A stretch of 64,000 nucleotides of DNA from an uncultured delta proteobacterium (GCA_963724765.1 CAVRVY010000002.1:384001-448000); one strand, 5' to 3'. Shown: positions 43,292 to 53,389, numbered from the stretch's first letter. Notes: generated from the letters alone by a model not told the origin. Numbers and translations: made by a program.

Positions 43292-44464
43292 ATGGGCCGG
43301 CAGGACGGTGCGGCTCAGCGAAAGGGCGCGCGTAGCGCGTGGGAACGTTTGATGGGCTTGGTGTCGCCTGAAAAGGCAGAACTGCCCGCCTCGCATTCGG
43401 ACCAGGCCCGGGGCAAGGAACAGACCCCGCGAGCGCTCCGATGCAGTCTGTCGGCACTGGTACTGATGGCGGCGGCTGTGATGTTGGTGTTTCCAATCGC
43501 GGTGGCCGCGGCCCCCGCCCCCGCTGCGGACAACAGCTCGAACCTGGCCCGGCCTTGGGATTCATTCTTCAGCGTTGCGTATCTGCCCTCTGGCAAATGC
43601 TACGTCGTCGGAGCGGAGGGCGCGCTGCTGACCTCGACCGATGGTGGACAGAACTGGCAGCGGCGCGCGATCGCCGAGCGCGGCGATCTATCCTGGTCCG
43701 ACCTCTACAGCATCCGTTTCGCCAGCGACGGGCAGACCGGATGGATCGGCGGTGAGGGCGGGCTGATCCTCAAAACTACCGATGGCGGCCAGACCTGGAA
43801 CCCTCAGACGAGCGGCACCACTGAGAACATCTTTCGCATCGCGGTGGTCGACCCGCGAACCGCTTATGCTTCCGGCTCCAACGGCCTGCTGATGGGCACA
43901 ACTGATGGCGGTGCGCACTGGCAGTCGCAAACCCTCAAGAGTGGTCTCATCTTCATGGATATCGCGTTCGCCGACGCGCAGAACGGATGGGCGGTGGGCG
44001 AGTTCGAGACGATCATGCATACCGTCGACGGCGGTAAGACGTGGACCGCGCAGATGGGCGGCAAGCGGGCCAACTTCAAACTGCCGGCGCTGTTTGCGAT
44101 TAGCTTCAGCGACGCGCAACACGGATGGGCGGCGGGGCAGGGCGGCACGCTTCTGCGTACTGACAACGGCGGCGCAACCTGGCAACCCTTTGCCTCACCT
44201 TCAGCGTCCCCGATGTATAGCGTCGCTTACGCTGGCGGGACGTCAGGCTCCGCGCCGTCGGAGTTGTGGGGCTCCGGCGAAGGCGGCGTGCTGCTGGGCG
44301 TCGGGCTTGGCGGCGCCGCCGCACCCGTCGTGAAGACGCCAACGGTGTTCGATCTGGCCGACGTCGCGTTCAATGGACAAAATGGTGTCGCGGTCGGGCT
44401 TGGCGGCACAATCGTGCACACCGCCAACGGCGGCGCACATTGGGAAGTGGTGACAGGAAAGTGA
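43292..44464 (+). CDS. YCF48-like BNR-repeat beta-propeller protein
   Basis: Repeated G..G.(I/L)L.T.DGG..W units; start uncertain. Confidence 0.88.
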   Translation: MGRQDGAAQRKGARSAWERLMGLVSPEKAELPASHSDQARGKEQTPRALRCSLSALVLMAAAVMLVFPIAVAAAPAPAADNSSNLARPWDSFFSVAYLPSGKCYVVGAEGALLTSTDGGQNWQRRAIAERGDLSWSDLYSIRFASDGQTGWIGGEGGLILKTTDGGQTWNPQTSGTTENIFRIAVVDPRTAYASGSNGLLMGTTDGGAHWQSQTLKSGLIFMDIAFADAQNGWAVGEFETIMHTVDGGKTWTAQMGGKRANFKLPALFAISFSDAQHGWAAGQGGTLLRTDNGGATWQPFASPSASPMYSVAYAGGTSGSAPSELWGSGEGGVLLGVGLGGAAAPVVKTPTVFDLADVAFNGQNGVAVGLGGTIVHTANGGAHWEVVTGK

Positions 44465-46854
44465 TGGGCCGGTTCATACTGCGCTATCGCGCGATAATCG
44501 GGATAGCCTTGCTGGTGATCACGGGCATCTTTGGCTACTACGCGAGCAAGCTCACGATCGGCACCAGCTTCATCGACTTTTTTCCCAAGAACCACCCCTA
44601 CGTCAAGCTCTACCACGAATACGAACGCTACGGCGGCGCGCAACGGCTGACCCTGATGGTTCAGGTCAAGCACGGGGACATCTTCAACTATAAGACGTTA
44701 AGAAAAATCCAGGACATCAGTTACGACGTCGACCTGCTGCCCGACGTCAACCACCAATCGATCCGCTCATTGGGATCCTTCCGTGTGCGATACGCGGTCG
44801 CGCTGCCGGGCAATCTCGTCTACAAGGCCTACATGTATCCCAACGTCCCGACCACGGGGGCGGGGATACAGGAGATCAAGCGCGAAATTTTCATCCATCG
44901 CCTGGAGATGCGCAGTCTGGTGAGCGATGACGGGCGCAGTGCGGCGATCATGGCCTCGTTCTATGAGGGCCGGCTCAACTATCGCGAGGTCTTCAACAAG
45001 ATCCAGGCGCTCATAGCCAAGTACCAGGATGACAACACGGTCATCTATGCCGCCGGCGAACCGATGATCCGCGGCTACGGGTATTACTACCTGCCCATGC
45101 TCGTGACGATCTTCTTCATCTCTGACGGCATCATGATCCTGATCCTATACATCTTCTTCAGAGGCCGCAGCACCTGGTGGGCGCCGCTCATCACCGGCCT
45201 GTTGTCGACCGTCTGGGGCCTCGGATTCATCGGGATGCAGGGCTACGAGTTCGACCCGGTGATGCTGGTCATACGATTTATATTGACCGCCCGCGATATG
45301 AGCCACGGCATCCAGTGGCAGGGCCGCTATTACGACGAGCTTGAAACGCACGGCCACGACAAGATGGCCGCGTGCGAAGTAACGACCACCCTGATGCTGC
45401 CGCCGGGCTTGCTCGCGATCCTGGCCGACATCGCGGGCATCGTCTTCATCTCCTTCGGCGGCATCCCGTCGCTCCAGCACGTGGCCTCCTCGGGTGCGGT
45501 ATGGCTGGGCGGCAGTCTCACGATGGTCTTCATCTTCCAGCCGATCATGATGAGCTATCTGCCTACGCCCAAGCCACTGCCGCCGGCTAAGGCGAAGCGG
45601 GGATGGCTGACGTTGGTCGAGGACAAGCTGGTCGAATTCCCGATCACGCCCGGCTATGCGCGCGAGGGTGCTTTGATAGCAGTCGGCGTGCTGATCGTTG
45701 TGGGTTTCGTCGCAGGTGTTCGGGCCAAAATCGGCTATACGGAACCGGGCACGCCGCTTTACCGGCACAATGCCAAAGTCAACCAGGATATCAATGCGGT
45801 GCGGCAGGTGTTCCCGCTGGATGAGGGATGGCTAATCGTGCGGGCGCGAGCGTCGACTACTATCAGCGCCGCCTACACGCCCGATATGCTCGCGCCCGAC
45901 GTGATCCGGCTGCAGCGTGACCTCGGACGCTTCCTGCTGGAGGATCCTAAGGTCTCGAGCATTATTTCGGTCGCGCCGGACATAATCGAGCCGTACAACC
46001 AGATGTTCCACTACGGCTATCCGAAATACCTGGCGGTGCCGCGCACCGCAGACGACGCGATGGGCCTGTACTTCCTGTTTATGCAGGGGACTGCGCCGGG
46101 AGAGGCCGAGCAATGGATCAACTTAAACACCAACGACGGAATCCTGCGCGTGCTGCTCGCGGATCACACTTACCAGACGCTCAATAACATCCAGGCGCGG
46201 CTGGCCGAATTCGTCCGCCGGCGTGCCAAATGGGATCCGGCGTACAAGAAAGTCGAGATCGTGTACTTGGGCGGCGTAGCGGGCCTCTATGCCGCGGCCA
46301 ATGATGTGCTCTACCAACTCGACTTCATCAACATCACGTTTGTGCTCGGCGTGGTCTTCCTGTTCTGCGCCGTAGTCTACCGCTCGCTGGTGGCCGGAGT
46401 GTTGTTCGTGGTGTCCTGTATCGCGGCGAACTTTTCTGCGTTTATCTACATGCGGCTGGCGGATATCGGCATCACGATTGACACGATACCGGTTATCTCG
46501 CTGGGTATCGGTCTGGGCGTGGACTACGGTATCTACGCGGTCTCCCGCATCTGCGACGAGTGCGCCGAGGGCAGGCGGCTGGAGGATGCCATCACGACCG
46601 CGCTAAGAGGCACCGGCGCCGCCGTGCTGGCGACCTTTTCGGTCATCGTCGGCGGCTTGGCGCCGTGGGTATTTTCCCCGGTGCTGTTCCATAACGAGAT
46701 GAGCGTATTGCTGATTATCCTGATGTCGACCAATGTGATCGTGGGGCTTTTGATACTACCGGCGTATATAGCGTGGGCGCGCCCGCGCTTCATTTTCGGT
46801 GGCGTTGCGGAGGAAGAGTTACGCAAGGAAACGATGGCTGCGGCTTCAAATTGA
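44464..46854 (+). CDS. MMPL/RND family transporter
   Basis: Two TM blocks with large periplasmic loops; GIGLGVDYGIY, A..TGAAV. Confidence 0.88.
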   Translation: MGRFILRYRAIIGIALLVITGIFGYYASKLTIGTSFIDFFPKNHPYVKLYHEYERYGGAQRLTLMVQVKHGDIFNYKTLRKIQDISYDVDLLPDVNHQSIRSLGSFRVRYAVALPGNLVYKAYMYPNVPTTGAGIQEIKREIFIHRLEMRSLVSDDGRSAAIMASFYEGRLNYREVFNKIQALIAKYQDDNTVIYAAGEPMIRGYGYYYLPMLVTIFFISDGIMILILYIFFRGRSTWWAPLITGLLSTVWGLGFIGMQGYEFDPVMLVIRFILTARDMSHGIQWQGRYYDELETHGHDKMAACEVTTTLMLPPGLLAILADIAGIVFISFGGIPSLQHVASSGAVWLGGSLTMVFIFQPIMMSYLPTPKPLPPAKAKRGWLTLVEDKLVEFPITPGYAREGALIAVGVLIVVGFVAGVRAKIGYTEPGTPLYRHNAKVNQDINAVRQVFPLDEGWLIVRARASTTISAAYTPDMLAPDVIRLQRDLGRFLLEDPKVSSIISVAPDIIEPYNQMFHYGYPKYLAVPRTADDAMGLYFLFMQGTAPGEAEQWINLNTNDGILRVLLADHTYQTLNNIQARLAEFVRRRAKWDPAYKKVEIVYLGGVAGLYAAANDVLYQLDFINITFVLGVVFLFCAVVYRSLVAGVLFVVSCIAANFSAFIYMRLADIGITIDTIPVISLGIGLGVDYGIYAVSRICDECAEGRRLEDAITTALRGTGAAVLATFSVIVGGLAPWVFSPVLFHNEMSVLLIILMSTNVIVGLLILPAYIAWARPRFIFGGVAEEELRKETMAAASN

Positions 46855-46948
46855 ATCGGGGATGCCGCCGCTGCATCCGCACGCCGCAAGGACGCGGCGG
46901 CGCGGCAAGCGGCGCGGCACGCGGCCACGAGCCTCGGGAGGGGTAGGT

Positions 46949-48694
46949 ATGAAACCCATTCTAAAAAGCCGTTCCGGACTGCTTTTGGCGGTGGCTATGA
47001 TGATCGCGCTGGCGTGCCTCGGCGCGACAGGAGGTTCGGCGCTGGCGCAGACCGCCGGTGGCGGTTCTCAGCCGCCGGCTGTGCCGCTTTGGAAGAGCGC
47101 CGTGCTGGGCAGCAGCGCGCCGTTCATCGACGTAAGTGAGCAACCGGGGTGGTTGCAGGGCCTGTCAGTCTCGGGCTTTATCAGCAATACCACCGGGATG
47201 TGGGTCGATTCCGCCGGTATCCGCTATCAGAAGAGCAAGAATTCGCTGGCCACCGAGCGCAACTGGGTCCAGTTGGACCTCAACTACATACTCAACGGCG
47301 ACAACCGGTTTTTCATTCGCGGATGGGGTGTGTACGAGCCGCCCTACCCATTCGAGTACAAGGCCGGCATGACCGACATGTCGGATTACTACAACCAGTA
47401 CAACGTCAGGGACGCGTACTGGAAGAACACCACCGGACCGCTGACGTTTTTTGTAGGCCGCCAGATCGTGACCTGGGGCGAGTCGCTGGCCTTCCGTGTG
47501 GGCGACGTGATCAACCCGCAGGATTTTACCTGGAACTTCGGCTTCTCCAACCTCGAGCAGTCGCGCTTGCCGTTGTGGATGGTGCATCCGATCCTGAACC
47601 TCCCGAGCTGGGGGCCATTGGGCAACAACTTCATCGAGGGAGTTTGGACGCCGGCCTGGCAGCCGATGTATAACCCCTCGGTCGATACTCCGAATCAGGA
47701 TTCCAATCCCCACAGCAACTGGTATGACGGCCAGCACGACGTCGCCGGTTCGGTTTCGCTGCTTGCGCCGTTCACTTTGGTCTCGGCGGCTCGGTTCCAG
47801 GTCCAACCCTACCCGCTGCTGTTCGGGACGCCCGGCGTTCCGGCAAACATGACGGCCTTTCCGCAGCTGCGAGGGTCCAGCTTTGCTCCGCCGTTCTTCT
47901 CCTATCACCTGCCGAGCGATACGCTAGGCAGTTCAACCGAAGGCTTCCGAATCCATACGCTGGTGAAGAACGCTGAGATCACGCTGCTCTATTGGCATGG
48001 TCATCAGTTCAACGAGGGCGGGACGCCGGGCGCGCCATTCTACGTCATGGGCAGCCCTTCCACGGGCCAGTACCTGCAGGCCTACTTTCCCCAGTTCAAC
48101 GACATCGGCGCGACGCTGAACCGGCCGATTTATCTGCCCGGTGAAATTCTCTCAAGCGTACCGATCGTGCTCAGGACCGAGGCGGTGTGGCAGGACCGGA
48201 CACCGTTCAACACCACCGACGTGTCGGTAACCAACGGGGTGGTCGATAAGAACACGATCAATTCACTCGTCGCGCTGGACCTGGACGGCCTCTATGCGCC
48301 GTGGCTGACCAAGACCGGTACGCTGAGCGGCAACCTCGAATGGAACCAGTACACGATCGTGGGCTATGGCAAAAGCCTGGTCTACGATTTCTATGCTGAA
48401 CGCTATCGCCACAACGAAGAGCAGCTCCTGATCAGCGTCAACACGAGCTGGTGGTGGGGCGCGATCTTGCCAACTTACACCATGATCTGGAATCCCTCTG
48501 GCGACACCTCGCTGCTGTTCCCGACCCTGGTGCTGACGCCGCCCTGGACCAACAAGTACTTCGCCACTCTCGGCTACGTCGGCATCCTCGGCAATGACAA
48601 GTTCAACTCGTTTTCCGGCGGTGTCTTCAAGGGCAAGAGCATTCTGTATATGCAGTTCCAGTACAACTTCCAGCCCGTCAAAGGACGCAGCTGA
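46949..48694 (+). CDS. DUF1302 family outer-membrane beta-barrel protein
   Basis: Signal peptide; RDAYW, VGRQIVTWGES..FRVGD.INPQD, C-terminal QFQYNF. Confidence 0.85.
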   Translation: MKPILKSRSGLLLAVAMMIALACLGATGGSALAQTAGGGSQPPAVPLWKSAVLGSSAPFIDVSEQPGWLQGLSVSGFISNTTGMWVDSAGIRYQKSKNSLATERNWVQLDLNYILNGDNRFFIRGWGVYEPPYPFEYKAGMTDMSDYYNQYNVRDAYWKNTTGPLTFFVGRQIVTWGESLAFRVGDVINPQDFTWNFGFSNLEQSRLPLWMVHPILNLPSWGPLGNNFIEGVWTPAWQPMYNPSVDTPNQDSNPHSNWYDGQHDVAGSVSLLAPFTLVSAARFQVQPYPLLFGTPGVPANMTAFPQLRGSSFAPPFFSYHLPSDTLGSSTEGFRIHTLVKNAEITLLYWHGHQFNEGGTPGAPFYVMGSPSTGQYLQAYFPQFNDIGATLNRPIYLPGEILSSVPIVLRTEAVWQDRTPFNTTDVSVTNGVVDKNTINSLVALDLDGLYAPWLTKTGTLSGNLEWNQYTIVGYGKSLVYDFYAERYRHNEEQLLISVNTSWWWGAILPTYTMIWNPSGDTSLLFPTLVLTPPWTNKYFATLGYVGILGNDKFNSFSGGVFKGKSILYMQFQYNFQPVKGRS

Positions 48695-48740
48695 GGCTTA
48701 GGCAGGAATCGTAGGTTGGACCTGCAAGGGAGTAAGTGAG

Positions 48741-49895
48741 ATGGCGAAACGGACCGTATTCATCATCGCAATCCTGCTCGCCCTGTCGGCCTGGTGTAGG
48801 TCCGGCGCGCTGGCCCAGATGCCGCCTGAGGAGGGCGTCAAGGTACGCGAGTTGCCGCTGCCCGGACCACACTGGGTATTCGTGATGAATCCGTTCAGCG
48901 GCACGCTGGAAGTCACCAGCGTGTTCGTCATCGACGGCGATTCGCTCCAGGTGCTTGGTCAGATGACCGGTGGAGTGGTCAGCGCATTCGCGATCGCGCC
49001 GGACCACAAGCAGTTCTACATGGCCGACACTTACTACTCGCGCGGCGCGCGCGGCGATCGCACTGACGTACTGACTATCTATGAGGCGCGTCACCTGGCG
49101 CCGGTCGGTGAAGTGATTCTTCCGACCAAGCGCCAGCTTTCGATACCCGACAGCTCGCAGCTCTCGGTCACGCCGGACGGCCGCTTCGTATTGGTCGCCA
49201 ATCTGACTCCAGCGACGTCGGTTAGCGTGGTCGATATCCAGAACCGCAGCGTCGCCGGCGAGATCGAAACTTCCGGATGCGCCGAAGTCCTGATCGCCGG
49301 GCCGCGCCGCTTCGTTTCCATTTGCAGCGACGGCACGATGATGACCACCGAATTCAACGACAACGGCAAGGCGACGGCGCAAAAGCGCACCGCCAAGCCG
49401 TTTTTTGACATCGAGAAGGATCCTGTCTTCGGGGTGCCGGCGCGAGTTGGCGACGACGCCTACTTCGTCAGCTATCATGGGATGGTCTACCCGATGAACC
49501 TCGGGGCGAACCCGGCCGAGCCGGGCCAGTCCTGGTCGTTGCTCAGCGACAGCGAAAAGACGGCGGGATGGTTGCCGGGCGGCTATCAGCCGATTTGGGC
49601 CAACGCCGCCAAGGGCTTGCTGTTCGTCCTGATGCATCGCGGCGGCGGCGACTGGACGCATAAGAACCCGGGCACCGAAGTGTGGGTGTACGACGTGAAG
49701 ACACAAAAGCGGGTCGACCGGATCGCGCTGCCGCAGAAGGCCAACTCCATTCTGGTCACCCAGGACGATGCCCCGACGCTGTTCGCCCTGAGCACGATGC
49801 CCGCCATGATGCAGGCGTTCTCCGCACTGGACGGCAGGTATCTCGGCGCGATCCAGGATCTGTCGGGTGTCCCGTGGGAGATGTTCGGGCTCTGA
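48741..49895 (+). CDS. mauB: TTQ amine dehydrogenase large (heavy) subunit
   Basis: Signal peptide; ADTYYSRGARGDRTDV, NLTPATSVSVVD, WLPGGYQ, THKNPGTEVWVYD. Confidence 0.92.
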   Translation: MAKRTVFIIAILLALSAWCRSGALAQMPPEEGVKVRELPLPGPHWVFVMNPFSGTLEVTSVFVIDGDSLQVLGQMTGGVVSAFAIAPDHKQFYMADTYYSRGARGDRTDVLTIYEARHLAPVGEVILPTKRQLSIPDSSQLSVTPDGRFVLVANLTPATSVSVVDIQNRSVAGEIETSGCAEVLIAGPRRFVSICSDGTMMTTEFNDNGKATAQKRTAKPFFDIEKDPVFGVPARVGDDAYFVSYHGMVYPMNLGANPAEPGQSWSLLSDSEKTAGWLPGGYQPIWANAAKGLLFVLMHRGGGDWTHKNPGTEVWVYDVKTQKRVDRIALPQKANSILVTQDDAPTLFALSTMPAMMQAFSALDGRYLGAIQDLSGVPWEMFGL

Positions 49896-49927
49896 TGATT
49901 GAGCTTTAAAGTTACGCACGGAGAGCG

Positions 49928-50476
49928 ATGCCTCAGATCGACCCAGTACTCGTATGGATGGCCGTGGTCTCGGCTGCGGCCATCTTCGTCGCGTCGGGGG
50001 CGCTCAAGTTCTATGACCTCGAAACCTTTCGCGGCGCGGTGACCAATTACCGCCTGATTCCCGAGTGGCTCGCGACGCCCTTTGCCTGGACGGCGCCGGT
50101 GATCGAGTGCGCCGCGGCGCTGGGCCTGCTGCTGAGCCCGATCCGTGAGTCCGCGGCGCTGGTGTTGATCGTGCTGCTCGGGGTCTTCACGGGTGCGATC
50201 GTTATCAATCTCGCGCGCGGCCGTACCGATATCGACTGCGGATGCTTCGGCCCGGCACTGCGCCAGCGGCTGAGCTGGTGGCTGCTGTTGCGCAACGCAG
50301 CGCTGTTTGCGCTGCTCGCGATCGCTCTGATGCCCGCCGGTGCGCGAGCCATGGACTTTCTCGACCTCGCGACCGCCGGCATGGCGGCTGCCACGGTGGT
50401 GGTGCTCTATACTGCCGCCAACTATCTAATCGCGAACGCCCCCGGGCTTCGCGCGCTGGGTGCGCTAAATGCTTGA
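49928..50476 (+). CDS. mauE: Methylamine utilization protein MauE
   Basis: TMs; GALK, NLARGRTDIDCGCFG, LLRN. Confidence 0.92.
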   Translation: MPQIDPVLVWMAVVSAAAIFVASGALKFYDLETFRGAVTNYRLIPEWLATPFAWTAPVIECAAALGLLLSPIRESAALVLIVLLGVFTGAIVINLARGRTDIDCGCFGPALRQRLSWWLLLRNAALFALLAIALMPAGARAMDFLDLATAGMAAATVVVLYTAANYLIANAPGLRALGALNA

Positions 50477-51191
50477 AGCGTTGGTGATTTCGCAGATTCT
50501 GCTGTGGGCGCTGGTGCTGGCGATGGCGCTGATGATGCTCGCGCTGTTGCGCCAGGTCGGCGTCCTGCACGAGCGGATCGCGCCGATGGGCGCGCTTACG
50601 CTGGACCGCGGGCCCAAGGAGGGCGAGGCCGCGCCGCTGTTCGAGGTCAAGGACCTGCGCCGCGGCACGCCGCTCAAGATCGGCGGCGCACGCGGCCGCA
50701 GCATGCTGCTCTTTTTCCTCTCCCCGACCTGTCCGGTATGCAAGAAACTGCTGCCGATCGTCAAATCGATCCAGCAGTCCGAGAACTCATGGCTCGACGT
50801 GGTTCTGACCAGCGACGGCGAACCGGTCGAGCACGAACGCTTCATCCGCGTGCAGCATCTCGAAGACTTCCCCTACGTGCTCTCGGCCGACGTCGGCATG
50901 ACCTACCGGATCGGCAAGCTTCCCTACGGCGTCATGATCGACGACTCGGGTGTGATCCGGGCCAAGGGATTGCTCAACACGCGCGAGCACCTGGAGAGCC
51001 TGATCGAGGCCAAGCAGATGGGTGTTCCATCGATCCAGCAGTTCCTTCAATCTAGGCAGCCCGAGGGCCACGAACCGCACGATCACCCGCACGACGATGG
51101 ACACGATCACTCGCACGATCGTGTAGATGACCACGCGAACAACCACGAAGCCCCATCGCTTGCCGCAACCGGCAAGAGCGGACGCAAATAG
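50469..51191 (+). CDS. mauD: Methylamine dehydrogenase accessory protein MauD, with His-rich tail
   Basis: RQVGVLHERIAPMGAL, SPTCPVCKKLLP, KLPY, KGLLNTREHLESL. Confidence 0.95.
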   Translation: MLEALVISQILLWALVLAMALMMLALLRQVGVLHERIAPMGALTLDRGPKEGEAAPLFEVKDLRRGTPLKIGGARGRSMLLFFLSPTCPVCKKLLPIVKSIQQSENSWLDVVLTSDGEPVEHERFIRVQHLEDFPYVLSADVGMTYRIGKLPYGVMIDDSGVIRAKGLLNTREHLESLIEAKQMGVPSIQQFLQSRQPEGHEPHDHPHDDGHDHSHDRVDDHANNHEAPSLAATGKSGRK

Positions 51192-51218
51192 GCCGAAAGA
51201 CGGGCAAGGAGACGAACA

Positions 51219-51746
51219 ATGGACTCCCTGATGGAACAGCTGACCCGCACGGTCGCGCAGCGCACTTCGCGCCGTGGCTTCCTGGCCCGGATGGGCAAAT
51301 TGATGCTCGGGGGGATGGTCCTGCCGCTTTTGCCAATCGATCGCGTGATGGGGAGCGCACAGGCGCAGATGACGATGGGTGCGACCGGCACCGGACGCAC
51401 TGACGATCCCTCGACCTGCGACTACTGGCGCTATTGCGGCTTCGATGGGAACCTATGCGGCTGCTGCGGCGGCAGCCATACCGAGTGCCCCGCCGGCACT
51501 ATCATGTCGCCGACCTCGTGGGTGGGCACCTGCCGGGATCCCAACGACGGCAAGGAATACATAATTGGCTATCGCGACTGTTGCGGCAAAGACGTATGTG
51601 GCCGCTGCTTTTGCGAAAATAACAAGGGCGACATGCCCATTTACCGGACTCAACTGGATAACGGAGTCATCTGGTGCTTCGGAACAAAACCTTCATCCTA
51701 CGTCGTCAACTGCACGACGGCCGTCCGACTCGGTCTCAAAACCTGA
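51219..51746 (+). CDS. mauA: TTQ amine dehydrogenase small subunit, copy 1
   Basis: Tat motif TSRRGFL; CDYWRYC, SWVGTC, YRDCCG, VIWCFG (both TTQ Trp present). Confidence 0.93.
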   Translation: MDSLMEQLTRTVAQRTSRRGFLARMGKLMLGGMVLPLLPIDRVMGSAQAQMTMGATGTGRTDDPSTCDYWRYCGFDGNLCGCCGGSHTECPAGTIMSPTSWVGTCRDPNDGKEYIIGYRDCCGKDVCGRCFCENNKGDMPIYRTQLDNGVIWCFGTKPSSYVVNCTTAVRLGLKT

Positions 51747-52231
51747 GTCCTCGTACCTGGCTGATTGCGGCCGCGTGCGCGGTCGTGCTCTCGGCGGGCG
51801 CAGCCACCGCGCAGGCGGACGGCCACAACGTCTTCATCTCGAATTGCGCCGTATGCCATCAGCCCGACGGCAAGGGCGCGCCCTCGGTTTATCCGCCGCT
51901 GGCCGACTCGGTAGGCCGCTATGTGGCGCTCAAGGATGGCCGCGCCTACATTATCGACGTGGTGTCGTTCGGGATGGGCGGCAAGATCGAATCCGACGGC
52001 GACAGGTTCGAGGGCGACATGCCGCCGTGGCCGCAGTTGAGTGACCAGGACGTCGCCGAGGTGCTCACCTACGTCCTGACGGGCCTCAATTCCAAGCTGC
52101 TGCCCGCGGATTTCAAGCCGATCTCCGCGGACGAAGTCAAAGCGGAGCGCGCCAAGCAGCTTACCGCCGCCGGCATCCATGCCGAGCGCGAATCGCTGCT
52201 TAAAAAGCTGGACAGCAAGGCCGCGAAGTAG
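51743..52231 (+). CDS. Monoheme cytochrome c (probable CTG start overlapping the mauA stop)
   Basis: Signal peptide ending AQA; CAVCH; GDMPPW distal Met; LSDQDVAEVLTYV. Confidence 0.85.
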   Translation: MSPRTWLIAAACAVVLSAGAATAQADGHNVFISNCAVCHQPDGKGAPSVYPPLADSVGRYVALKDGRAYIIDVVSFGMGGKIESDGDRFEGDMPPWPQLSDQDVAEVLTYVLTGLNSKLLPADFKPISADEVKAERAKQLTAAGIHAERESLLKKLDSKAAK

Positions 52232-52245
52232 GACGCGCGCCTGCG

Positions 52246-52722
52246 ATGAAACCGCGCGCTATCGCCGTGCTGATCGCCGCGCTCTCGATTGCGAGCACCG
52301 CGCTGGCCGGCGGCTCGCCGGCCGAGCTGTACACGCTCAACTGCTGGGGCTGTCACAAGCCACGCGCCGAAGGCATACCCGGCACCGTTCCGCGCCTGGC
52401 GGACTCGATGGCGGATTTTCTGCATGTGCCCGGCGGACGCGAGTATCTTGTCGAGGTGCCGGGCGTAGCGGCCTCTGCGCTGAGCGATGCCGAAATCGCG
52501 CAGGTGCTCAACTGGCTGCTCTTCAACTTCAACAAGGCCGAGATGCCAGCGGATTTTAAACCTTACACCGCTGCCGAGATCGCACGGGTCCGGCCGCATC
52601 AACTGATTCGCATTACCGAAACCCGCGACGACCTGGTCAAACGGCTAAAGGCCAAAGGCATAATCGTCCCCGACGACCAGCTTGCGGGCGAGGCGCTCGC
52701 GACCCCGCTCGCGCAGCACTAA
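52246..52722 (+). CDS. Monoheme cytochrome c
   Basis: Signal peptide; YTLNCWGCH, GREYLVEVPGV, LSDAEIAQVLNW. Confidence 0.88.
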   Translation: MKPRAIAVLIAALSIASTALAGGSPAELYTLNCWGCHKPRAEGIPGTVPRLADSMADFLHVPGGREYLVEVPGVAASALSDAEIAQVLNWLLFNFNKAEMPADFKPYTAAEIARVRPHQLIRITETRDDLVKRLKAKGIIVPDDQLAGEALATPLAQH

Positions 52723-52867
52723 CGGAAGGTGCCCGGGCCGCGGGGCCGCGTGGCGGAGCAACTGGCATCGCGGGGCGGGCGATGCTACTGGAAACGCTGG
52801 CAGGAGCGCAGCGGGAACCGGCCTTGGGGATTCCGGGGGCGCGCCTGGCGAAACAGGAGACGGGCGA

Positions 52868-53389
52868 ATGGACGCACTGGTGGAACGTCTTTCACGAACG
52901 GTGGCGCAGCGGACCTCGCGGCGCGGCTTTCTGGGCTACCTGGGCAAGGCGCTGGTGGGCGGGATGATGATTCCGCTGCTGCCGATCAACCGGGTGGTGG
53001 AACAGGCGCAGGCGCAGATGAGCGAGGGGCCCACGGCGGAGGGCGAGGGGGGCGATCTGACGAGTTGCGATTACTGGCGCTACTGCGGCTTCGACGGCTA
53101 CCTGTGCAGTTGCTGCGGCGGGGCGCTGACTTCGTGTCCGCCGGGGACGGTGGCGTCGCCGACCTCGTGGGTGGGGACGTGCCAGCATCCGACCGACGGC
53201 AAGGAATACATCATCGCGTACCGGGACTGCTGCGGTAAGGACGTATGCAACCGCTGCTTCTGCGACAACAACAAGGGGCAGGTGCCGATCTACCGGCCGC
53301 AGTTGGACAACGACATCATCTGGTGCTTCGGGGCCAAGAACTTCGCCTACCACTGCACCACGGCGATCCGATTGGGCGTCAAAACCTGA
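52868..53389 (+). CDS. mauA: TTQ amine dehydrogenase small subunit, copy 2
   Basis: AGGAG RBS; Tat motif TSRRGFL; SWVGTC, YRDCCG, NDIIWCFG, YHC. Confidence 0.93.
   Translation: MDALVERLSRTVAQRTSRRGFLGYLGKALVGGMMIPLLPINRVVEQAQAQMSEGPTAEGEGGDLTSCDYWRYCGFDGYLCSCCGGALTSCPPGTVASPTSWVGTCQHPTDGKEYIIAYRDCCGKDVCNRCFCDNNKGQVPIYRPQLDNDIIWCFGAKNFAYHCTTAIRLGVKT

Noticed and set aside
52763-52780. TGGCAT upstream of mauA copy 2, possible internal sigma54 promoter
   Set aside because: Lacks the TTGC -12 element
48741-53389. Calling the mau cluster proof of methylamine methylotrophy
   Set aside because: The Cys pattern is AADH-like, mauG and amicyanin are absent, and the substrate cannot be fixed from sequence
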